Shown here: positions 15,001 to 26,550 of the stretch, in pieces
Layout: each line of letters opens with the position of its first letter
Position numbering within the stretch: the stretch's first letter is position 1
Assembly (NCBI GenBank): GCA_964016885.1
Contig: OZ024742.1
Coordinates: 370,698,001 to 370,762,000, forward strand
DNA from: Eledone cirrhosa
Lineage: Eukaryota
Direction of reading: 5' to 3'
DNA: 64,000 nt
Notes under the pieces: generated by a model
Databases searched by the model: none
Told to the model about the DNA's origin: nothing
Seen by the model: the letters and a program-made list of their open reading frames with translations, nothing else
Position numbers and translations under genes: made by a program

Positions 15001-18000
15001 TGAGATATGCTCATCATATAGTGGTGGTTCTACCTCAGGTGAGGTATACTCCTCATATAGTGGTGCTTCTACCTCAGGTGAGATATACTCCTCATATAGT
15101 GGTGGTTCTACCTCAGGTGAGATATACTCTTCATATAATGGTGGTTTTACCTCAGGTGAGGTATACTCCTCATATAATGGTGGTTTTACCTCAGGTGAGA
15201 TATACTCCTCATATAGTGGTGGTTCTGCCTCAGGTGAGGTATACTCCTCATATAGTGGTGGTTTTACCTCAGGTGAGGTATACTCCTCATATAATGGTGG
15301 TTCTACCTCAGTTGAGGTATACTCCTCATATAGTGGTGGTTCTACCTCAGGTGAGGTATACTCCTCATATAATGATGGTTCTACCTCAGGGGAGGTATAC
15401 TCCTCATATAGGGGTGGTTCTACCTCAGGTGAGATATACTCCTCATATAATGTTGGTTCTACCTCAGGGGATGTATACTCCTCATATAGTGGAGCTTCTA
15501 CCTCAGGTGAGATATACTCCTCATATAGTGGTGGTTCTACCTCAGCTGAGATATGCTCATCATATAGTTGTGGTTCTACCTCAGGTGAGGTATACTCCTC
15601 ATATAGTGGTGCTTCTACCTCAGGTGAGATATACTCCTCATATAGTGGTGGTTCTACCTCAGGTGAGATATACTCCTCATATAGTGGTGGTTCTACCTCA
15701 GGTGAGATATGCTCATCATATAGTGGTGGTTCTACCTCAGGTGAGGTATACTCCTCATATAGTGGTGCTTCTACCTCAGGTGAGATATACTCCTCATATA
15801 GTGGTGGTTCTACCTCAGGTGAGATATACTCTTCATATAATGGTGGTTTTACCTCAGGTGAGGTATACTCCTCATATAGTGGTGGTTTTACCTCAAGTGA
15901 GATATACTCCTCATATAGTGGTGGTTCTACGTCAGGTGAGGTATACTCCTCATATAGTGGTGGTTTTACCTCAGTGAGGTATACTCCTCATATAGTGGTG
16001 GTTCTACCTCAGGTGAGGTATACTCCTCATATAATGATGGTTCTACCTCAGGGGAGGTATACTCCTCATATAGGGGTGGTTCTACCTCAGGTGAGATATA
16101 CTCCTCATATAATGTTGGTTCTACCTCAGGGGATGTATACTCCTCATATAGTGGAGCTTCTACCTCAGGTGAGATATACTCCTCATATAGTGGTGGTTCT
16201 ACCTCAGGTGAGATATGCTCATCATATAGTTGTGGTTCTACCTCAGGTGAGGTATACTCCTCATATAGTGGTGCTTCTACCTCAGGTGAGATATACTCCT
16301 CATATAGTGGTGGTTCTACCTCAGGTGAGATATACTCTTCATATAGTGGTGGTTCTACCTCAGGTGAGGTATACTCCTCATATAGTGGTGGTTTTACCTC
16401 AGGTGAGGCATACTCCTCATATAGTGGTGGTTTTACCTCAGGCGAGGCATACTCCTCATATAGTGGTGGTTCTACCTCAGGTGAGGTATACTCCTCATAT
16501 AGTGGTGGTTCTACCTCAGGTGAGATATACTCTTCATATAATGATGGTTTTACCTCAGGTGAGGTATACTCCTCATATAGTGGTGGTTTTACCTCAGGTG
16601 AGATATACTCCTCATATAGTGGTGGTTCTACCTCAGGTGAGGTATACTCCTCATATAGTGGTGGTTTTACCTCAGGTGAGGTATACTCCTCATATAATGG
16701 TGGTTCTACCTCAGGTGAGGTATACTCCTCATATAGTGGTGGTTCTACCTCAGGTGAGGTATACTCCTCATATAATGGTGGTTCTACCTCAGGGGAAGTA
16801 TACTCCTCATATAGGTGTGGTTCTACTTCAGGTGAGATATACTCCTCATATAATGGTGGTTCTACCTCAGGGGAGTATACTCCTCATATAGTGGTGCTTC
16901 TACCTCAGGTGAGATATACTCCTCATATAATGGTGGTTCTGCCTCAGGTGAGATATACTCCTCATATAGTGGTGCTTCTACCTCAGGTGAGATATACTCC
17001 TCATATAGTGGTGGTTCTACCTCAGGTGAGGTATACTCCTCATATAATGGTAGTTCTACCTCAGGTGAGATATACTCCTCATATAGTGGTGGTTCTACCT
17101 CAAGTGAGATATACTCCTCATATAGTGGTGGTTCTACCTCAGGTGAGGTATACTCCTCATATAGTGGTGGTTCTACCTCAGGTGAGGTATACTTTTCATA
17201 TAGTGGTGGTTCTACCTCAGGTGAGGTAAACTCCTCATATAGTGGTTGTTCTACCTCAGGTGAGGTATACTCCTCATATAATGGTGGTTCTACCTCAGGT
17301 GAGGTATACTCCTCATATAGTGGTGGTTCTACCTCAGTTGAGATATACTCCTCATATAGTGGTGGTTCTACCTCAGGTGAGATATACTCCTCATATAGTG
17401 GTGGTTCTACCTCGGGTGAGATATACTCCTCATATAGTAGTGGTTCTACCTCAGGTGAGGTATACTCCTCATATAGTGGTGGTTCTACCTCAGGTGAGGT
17501 ATACTCCTCATATAGGGTTGGTTCTACCTCAGGTGAGATATACTCCTCATATAATGGTGGTTGTACCTCAGCTGAGATATACTCCTCATATAGGGGTGGT
17601 TCTACCTCAGCTGAGGTATACTCCTCATATAGTGGTGGTTCTACCTCAGGTGAGGTATACTCCTCATATAGTGGTGGTTCTACCTCAGGTGAGATATATT
17701 CCTCATATAGTGGTGGTTCTACCTCAGGTGAGGTATACTCCTCATATATTGGTGGTTTTACCTCTGGTGAGGTATACTCCTCATATAGTGGTGGTTTTAC
17801 CTCAGGGGAGGTATACTCCTCATATAGTGGTGGTTCTACCTCAGGTGAGGTATACACCTCATATAGTGGTGGTTCTACCTCAGGTGAGATATACTCTTCA
17901 TATAATGATGGTTTTACCTCAGGTGAGGTATACTCCTCATATAATGGTGGTTCTACCTCAGGTGTGGTATACTCCTCATATAGTGGTGGTTCTACCTCAG

Positions 18001-21000
18001 GTGAGGTATACTCCTCATATAGTGGTGGTTTTACCTCAGGTGAGGTATACTCCTCATATAGTGGTGGTTCTACCTCAGGTGAGATATACTCCTCATATAG
18101 TGGTGGTTCTACCTCAGGTGAGATATACTCCTCATATAATGGTGGTTCTACCTCAGGTGAGATATACTCCTCATATAATGGTGGTTCCACCTCAGGTGAG
18201 GTATACTCCTCATATAGTGGTGGTTCTACCTCAGGTGAGATATACTCCTCATATAGTGGTGGTTCTACCTCAGGTGAGGTATACTCCTCATATAGTGGTG
18301 GTTCTACCTCAGGTGAGGTATACTCCCCATATAGTGGTGGTTCTACCTCAGGTGAGGGATACTCTCATATAGTGGTGGTTTTACGTCAGGTGAGATATAT
18401 TCCTCATATAGTGGCGGTTCTACCTCAGGTGAGGTATACTTCTCATATAGTGGTGATTCTACCTCAGGTGAGATATACTCCTCATATAATGGTAGTTCTA
18501 CCTCAGGTGAGGTATACTTTTCATATAGTGGTGGTTCTACCTCAGGTGAGGTAAACTCCTCATATAGTGGTTGTTCTACCTCAGGTGAGGTATACTCCTC
18601 ATATAATGGTGGTTCTACCTCAGGTGAGGTATACTCCTCATATAGTGGTGGTTCTACCTCAGTTGAGATATACTCCTCATATAGTGGTGGTTCTACCTCA
18701 GGTGAGATATACTCCTCATATAGTGGTGGTTCTACCTCGGGTGAGATATACTCCTCATATAGTAGTGGTTCTACCTCAGGTGAGGTATACTCCTCATATA
18801 GTGGTGGTTCTACCTCAGGTGAGGTATACTCCTCATATAGGGTTGGTTCTACCTCAGGTGAGATATACTCCTCATATAATGGTGGTTGTACCTCAGCTGA
18901 GATATACTCCTCATATAGGGGTGGTTCTACCTCAGCTGAGGTATACTCCTCATATAGTGGTGGTTCTACCTCAGGTGAGGTATACTCCTCATATAGTGGT
19001 GGTTCTACCTCAGGTGAGATATATACCTCATATAGTGGTGGTTCTACCTCAGGTGAGATATACTCCTCATATAGTGGTGGTTCTACCTCAGGTGAGATAT
19101 ACTCCTCATATAGTGGTGGTTCTACCTCAGGTGAGGTATACTCCTCATATAATGGTGGTTCTACCTCAGGTGAGATATACTCCTCATATAGTGGTGGTTC
19201 TACCTCAGGTGAGATATGCTCATCATATAGAGGTGGTTCTACCTCATTTGAGGTATACTCCTCATATAGTGGTGGTTCTACCTCAGGTGAGGTATACTCC
19301 TCATATAGTGGTGGTTCTACCTCAGGTGAGATATACTCCTCATATAGTGGTGGTTCTACCTCAGGTGAGATATGCTCATCATATAGTGGTTGTTCTACCT
19401 CAGGTGAGGTATGCTCCTCATATAGTGGTGGTTCTACCTCAGGTGAGATATACTCCTCATATAGTGGTGGTTCTACCTCAGGTGAGATATGCTCATCATA
19501 TAGTGGTGGTTCTACCTCAGGTGAGGTATACTCCTCATATAGTGGTGCTTCTACCTCAGGTGAGATATACTCCTCATATAGTGGTGGTTCTACCTCAAGT
19601 GAGATATACTCTTCATATAATGGTGGTTTTACCTCAGGTGAGGTATACTCCTCATATAGTGGTGGTTTTACCTCAGGTGAGATATACTCCTCATATAGTG
19701 GTGGTTCTACCTCAGGTGAGGTATACTCCTCATATAGTGGTGGTTTTACCTCATGTGAGGTATACTCCTCATATAATGGTGGTTCTACCTCAGGTGAGGT
19801 ATACTCCTCATATAGTGGTGGTTCTACCTCAGGTGAGGTATACTCCTCATATAGTGGTGGTTCTACCTCAGGTGAGGTATACTCTTCATATAGTCGTGGT
19901 TCTACCTCAGGTGAGATATACTCATCATATAATGGTGGTTCTACCTCAGGTGAGATATACTCCTCATATAGTGGTGGTTCTACCTCAGGTGAGATATGCT
20001 CATCATATAGAGGTGGTTCTACCTCATGTGAGGTATACTCCTCATATAGTGGTGGTTCTACCTCAGGTGAGGTATACTCCTCATTCCTCATATAGTGGTG
20101 GTTCTACCTCAGGTGAGGTATACTCCCCATATAGTGGTGGTTCTACCTCAGGTGAGGGATACTCTCATATAGTGGTGGTTTTACGTCAGGTGAGATATAT
20201 TCCTCATATAGTGGCGGTTCTACCTCAGGTGAGGTATACTTCTCATATAGTGGTGATTCTACCTCAGGTGAGATATACTCCTCATATAATGGTAGTTCTA
20301 CCTCAGGTGAGATATACTCCTCATATAGTGGTGGTTCTACCTCAAGTGAGATATACTCCTCATATAGTGGTGGTTCTACCTCGGGTGAGGTATACTCCTC
20401 ATATAGTGGTGGTTCTACCTCAGGTGAGGTATACTTTTCATATAGTGGTGGTTCTACCTCAGGTGAGGTAAACTCCTCATATAGTGGTTGTTCTACCTCA
20501 GGTGAGGTATACTCCTCATATAATGGTGGTTCTACCTCAGGTGAGGTATACTCCTCATATAGTGGTGGTTCTACCTCAGTTGAGATATACTCCTCATATA
20601 GTGGTGGTTCTACCTCAGGTGAGATATACTCCTCATATAGTGGTGGTTCTACCTCGGGTGAGATATACTCCTCCTATAGTAGTGGTTCTACCTCAGGTGA
20701 GGTATACTCCTCATATAGTGGTGGTTCTACCTCAGGTGAGGTATACTCCTCATATAGGGTTGATTCTACCTCAGGTGAGATATACTCCTCATATAATGGT
20801 GGTTGTACCTCAGCTGAGATATACTCCTCATATAGGGGTGGTTCTACCTCAGCTGAGGTATACTCCTCATATAGTGGTGGTTCTACCTCAGGTGAGGTAT
20901 ACTCCTCATATAGTGGTGGTTCTACCTCAGGTGAGATATATACCTCATATAGTGGTGGTTCTACCTCAGGTGAGATATACTCCTCATATAGTGGTGGTTC

Positions 21001-24000
21001 TACCTCAGGTGAGATATACTCCTCATATAGTGGTGGTTCTACCTCAGGTGAGGTATACTCCTCATATAATGGTGGTTCTACCTCAGGTGAGATATACTCC
21101 TCATATAGTGGTGGTTCTACCTCAGGTGAGATATGCTCATCATATAGAGGTGGTTCTACCTCATTTGAGGTATACTCCTCATATAGTGGTGGTTCTACCT
21201 CAGGTGAGGTATACTCCTCATATAGTGGTGGTTCTACCTCAGGTGAGATATACTCCTCATATAGTGGTGGTTCTACCTCAGGTGAGATATGCTCATCATA
21301 TAGTGGTTGTTCTACCTCAGGTGAGGTATGCTCCTCATATAGTGGTGGTTCTACCTCAGGTGAGATATACTCCTCATATAGTGGTGGTTCTACCTCAGGT
21401 GAGATATGCTCATCATATAGTGGTGGTTCTACCTCAGGTGAGGTATACTCCTCATATAGTGGTGCTTCTACCTCAGGTGAGATATACTCCTCATATAGTG
21501 GTGGTTCTACCTCAGGTGAGATATACTCTTCATATAATGGTGGTTTTACCTCAGGTGAGGTATACTCCTCATATAGTGGTGGTTTTACCTCAGGTGAGAT
21601 ATACTCCTCATATAGTGGTGGTTCTACCTCAGGTGAGGTATACTCCTCATATAGTGGTGGTTTTACCTCATGTGAGGTATACTCCTCATATAATGGTGGT
21701 TCTACCTCAGGTGAGGTATACTCCTCATATAGTGGTGGTTCTACCTCAGGTGAGGTATACTCCTCATATAGTGGTGGTTCTACCTCAGGTGAGGTATACT
21801 CTTCATATAGTCGTGGTTCTACCTCATGTGAGGTATACTCCTCATATAGTGGTGCTTCTACCTCAGGTGAGATATACTCCTCATATAGTGGTGGTTCTAC
21901 CTCAGGTGAGATATACTCCTCATATAGTGGTGGTTCTACCTCAGGTGAGATATGCTCATCATATAGTGGTTGTTCTACCTCAGGTGAGGTATGCTCCTCA
22001 TATAGTGGTGGTTCTACCTCAGGTGAGATATACTCCTCATATAGTGGTGGTTCTACCTCAGGTGAGATATGCTCATCATATAGTGGTGGTTCTACCTCAG
22101 GTGAGGTATACTCCTCATATAGTGGTGCTTCTACCTCAGGTGAGATATACTCCTCATATAGTGGTGGTTCTACCTCAGGTGAGGTATACTCCTCATATAG
22201 TGGTGGTTCTACCTCAGGTGAGGTATACTCCTCATATAATGATGGTTCTACCTCAGGGGAGGTATACTCCTCATATAGGGGTGGTTCTACCTCAGGTGAG
22301 ATATACTCCTCATATAATGTTGGTTCTACCTCAGGGGATGTATACTCCTCATATAGTGGAGCTTCTACCTCAGGTGAGATATACTCCTCATATAGTGGTG
22401 GTTCTACCTCAGCTGAGATATGCTCATCATATAGTTGTGGTTCTACCTCAGGTGAGGTATACTCCTCATATAGTGGTGCTTCTACCTCAGGTGAGATATA
22501 CTCCTCATATAGTGGTGGTTCTACCTCAGGTGAGATATGCTCATCATATAGTGGTGGTTCTACCTCGGGTGAGATATACTCCTCATATAGTAGTGGTTCT
22601 ACCTCAGGTGAGATATACTCTTCATATAATGGTGGTTTTACCTCAGGTGAGGTATACTCCTCATATAGTGGTGGTTTTACCTCAAGTGAGATATACTCCT
22701 CATATAGTGGTGGTTCTACCTCCGGTGAGGTATACTCCTCATATAGTGGTGGTTTTACCTCAGTGAGGTATACTCCTCATATAGTGGTGGTTCTACCTCA
22801 GGTGAGGTATACTCCTCATATAATGATGGTTCTACCTCAGGGGAGGTATACTCCTCATATAGGGGTGGTTCTACCTCAGGTGAGATATACTCCTCATATA
22901 ATGTTGGTTCTACCTCAGGGGATGTATACTCCTCATATAGTGGAGCTTCTACCTCAGGTGAGATATACTCCTCATATAGTGGTGGTTCTACCTCAGGTGA
23001 GATATGCTCATCATATAGTTGTGGTTCTACCTCAGGTGAGATATACTCCTCATATAATGTTGGTTCTACCTCAGGGGATGTATACTCCTCATATAGTGGT
23101 GGTTCTACCTCAGGTGAGGTATACTCCTCATATAGTGGTGGTTTTACCTCAGGTGAGGCATACTCCTCATATAGTGGTGGTTTTACCTCAGGCGAGGTAT
23201 ACTCCTCTTATAGTGGTGGTTCTACCTCAGGTGAGGTATACTCCTCATATAGTGGTGGTTCTACCTCAGGTGAGATATACTCTTCATATAATGATGGTTT
23301 TACCTCAGGTGAGGTATACTCCTCATATAGTGGTGGTTTTACCTCAGGTGAGATATACTCCTCATATAGTGGTGGTTCTACCTCAGGTGAGGTATACTCC
23401 TCATATAGTGGTGGTTTTACCTCAGGTGAGGTATACTCCTCATATAATGGTGGTTCTACCTCAGGTGAGGTATACTCCTCATATAGTGGTGGTTCTACCT
23501 CAGGTGAGGTATACTCCTCATATAATGGTGGTTCTACCTCAGGGGAAGTATACTCCTCATATAGGTGTGGTTCTACTTCAGGTGAGATATACTCCTCATA
23601 TAATGGTGGTTCTACCTCAGGGGAGGTATACTCCTCATATAGTGGTGCTTCTACCTCAGGTGAGATATACTCCTCATATAATGGTGGTTCTGCCTCAGGT
23701 GAGATATACTCCTCATATAGTGGTGCTTCTACCTCAGGTGAGATATACTCCTCATATAGTGGTGGTTCTACCTCAGGTGAGGTATACTCCTCATATAATG
23801 GTTGTTCTTCCTCAGGTGAGGTATACTCCTCATATAGTGGTGATTTTACCTCAGGTGAGATATACTCCTCATTTAGTGGTGGTTCTACCTCAGGTGATAT
23901 ATGCTCATCATATAGTGGTTGTTCTACCTCAGGTGAGGTATGCTCCTCATATAGTGGTGGTTCTACCTCAGGTGAGATATACTCCTCATATAGTGGTGGT

Positions 24001-25930
24001 TCTACCTCAGGTGAGATATGCTCATCATATAGTGGTGGTTCTACCTCAGGTGAGGTATACTCCTCATATAGTGGTGCTTCTACCTCAGGTGAGATATACT
24101 CCTCATATAGTGGTGGTTCTACCTCAGGTGAGGTATACTCCTCATATAATGGTGGTTCTACCTCAGGTGAGGTATACTCCTCATATAGTGGTGGTTCTAC
24201 CTCAGGTGAGGTATACTCCTCATATAATGATGGTTCTACCTCAGGGGAGGTATACTCCTCATATAGGGGTGGTTCTACCTCAGGTGAGATATACTCCTCA
24301 TATAATGTTGGTTCTACCTCAGGGGATGTATACTCCTCATATAGTGGAGCTTCTACCTCAGGTGAGATATACTCCTCATATAGTGGTGGTTCTACCTCAG
24401 GTGAGATATGCTCATCATATAGTTGTGGTTCTACCTCAGGTGAGGTATACTCCTCATATAGTGGTGCTTCTACCTCAGGTGAGATATACTCCTCATATAG
24501 TGGTGGTTCTACCTCAGGTGAGATATACTCCTCATATAGTGGTGGTTCTACCTCAGGTGAGATATGCTCATCATATAGTGGTGGTTCTACCTCAGGTGAG
24601 GTATACTCCTCATATAGTGGTGCTTCTACCTCAGGTGAGATATACTCCTCATATAGTGGTGGTTCTACCTCAGGTGAGATATACTCTTCATATAATGGTG
24701 GTTTTACCTCAGGTGAGGTATACTCCTCATATAGTGGTGGTTTTACCTCAAGTGAGATATACTCCTCATATAGTGGTGGTTCTACCTCAGGTGAGGTATA
24801 CTCCTCATATAGTGGTGGTTTTACCTCAGTGAGGTATACTCCTCATATAGTGGTGGTTCTACCTCAGGTGAGGTATACTCCTCATATAATGATGGTTCTA
24901 CCTCAGGGGAGGTATACTCCTCATATAGGGGTGGTTCTACCTCAGGTGAGATATACTCCTCATATAATGTTGGTTCTACCTCAGGGGATGTATACTCCTC
25001 ATATAGTGGAGCTTCTACCTCAGGTGAGATATACTCCTCATATAGTGGTGGTTCTACCTCAGGTGAGATATGCTCATCATATAGTTGTGGTTCTACCTCA
25101 GGTGAGGTATACTCCTCATATAGTGGTGCTTCTACCTCAGGTGAGATATACTCCTCATATAGTGGTGGTTCTACCTCAGGTGAGATATACTCTTCATATA
25201 GTGGTGGTTCTACCTCAGGTGAGGTATACTCCTCATATAGTGGTGGTTTTACCTCAGGTGAGGCATACTCCTCATATAGTGGTGGTTTTACCTCAGGCGA
25301 GGTATACTCCTCATATAGTGGTGGTTCTACCTCAGGTGAGATATACTCCTCATATAGTGGTGGTTCTACCTCAGGTGAGATATACTCTTCATATAATGAT
25401 GGTTTTACCTCAGGTGAGGTATACTCCTCATATAGTGGTGGTTTTACCTCAGGTGAGATATACTCCTCATATAGTGGTGGTTCTACCTCAGGTGAGGTAT
25501 ACTCCTCATATAGTGGTGGTTTTACCTCAGGTGAGGTATACTCCTCATATAATGGTGGTTCTACCTCAGGTGAGGTATACTCCTCATATAGTGGTGGTTC
25601 TACCTCAGGTGAGGTATACTCCTCATATAGTGGTGCTTCTACCTCTGGTGAGATATACTCCTCATATAATGGTGGTTCTGCCTCAGGTGAGATATACTCC
25701 TCATATAGTGGTGCTTCTACCTCAGGTGAGATATACTCCTCATATAGTGGTGGTTCTACCTCAGGTGAGGTATACTCCTCATATAATGGTTGTTCTACCT
25801 CAGGTGAGGTATACTCCTCATATAGTGGTGATTTTACCTCAGGTGAGATATACTCCTCATTTAGTGGTGGTTCTACCTCAGGTTAGGTATACTCCTCATA
25901 TAGTGGTGGTTTTACCTCAGGTGAGATACT
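1..25930. repeat. 39-bp tandem satellite (array A), ~665 monomers, truncated by the window start
   Basis: Uninterrupted head-to-tail copies of ACTCCTCATATAGTGGTGGTTCTACCTCAGGTGAGRTAT with scattered substitutions and a few recurrent 1-bp deletions. It ends abruptly at ...CAGGTGAGATACT (25930). Confidence 0.99.
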
Positions 25931-26278
25931 GACATTGGTCATTGGTATTGTACCTTTGTTTTAAATATAATTATTTTTTATTACTCTACTCCATATTATG
26001 TAAACGGCTAAGACCCTTTATGTTTGCCTCTGTTCTATTGTTGTAATTGCTGCTGCTCTCTTGGTCAATTTATTTATTTATTCATTATTGTATATTTTTA
26101 TTTTGTTACATCAATTTTTTGTTTGTTTTATAATTTTTTTTCCTATTTTTTCTCTCTCTATTTTGCCCCCTTTTACTGCTTCTTCAAGCAAACATGTTGA
26201 TCTGGTTTGTAGAACCAGGAATAAATTGCTAATTATAACCACATACATCTCTCTGTCTTTCTATTTTACATTCACTTT

Positions 26279-26392
26279 TCAGTTTTCAATTAATTAACCC
26301 TTACTGTGTTTCTAATGAAATACACTCAGTTTTCAACTAATTAACCCTTTCATTACTGTGTTTCTATTGAAATACACTCAGTTTTCAATTAA
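26279..26392. repeat. Short imperfect tandem duplication (~47-53 bp unit, ~2.3 copies)
   Basis: TCAGTTTTCAA(T/C)TAATTAACCCTT...ACTGTGTTTCTA(A/T)TGAAATACAC occurs twice, followed by a third TCAGTTTTCAATTAA. Confidence 0.85.
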
Positions 26393-26550
26393 CTTCTTAT
26401 GGGAAGTGATGCTAACATCCAACATGATTTTAGATTGATGCTTAAGAGACTAATTTTTTTCAGTTGAATCAACTATAAAACAAAGGTTAAAAAACTTGTA
26501 TTTAAGACAAGATGCCTTTTGAAAAAGGACTCTTCAGTTGTGTGAAAGAC

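Noticed and set aside
13-25932. Long ORFs (up to 1182 aa) as real CDS
   Set aside because: They arise from a 39-bp period in overlapping frames on both strands. They switch frame at copied 1-bp deletions and have no unique domains.
26061-26297. 78-aa hydrophobic ORF as a membrane protein
   Set aside because: It has a TTG start, and T-rich low-complexity DNA explains the Phe/Ile/Leu bias.
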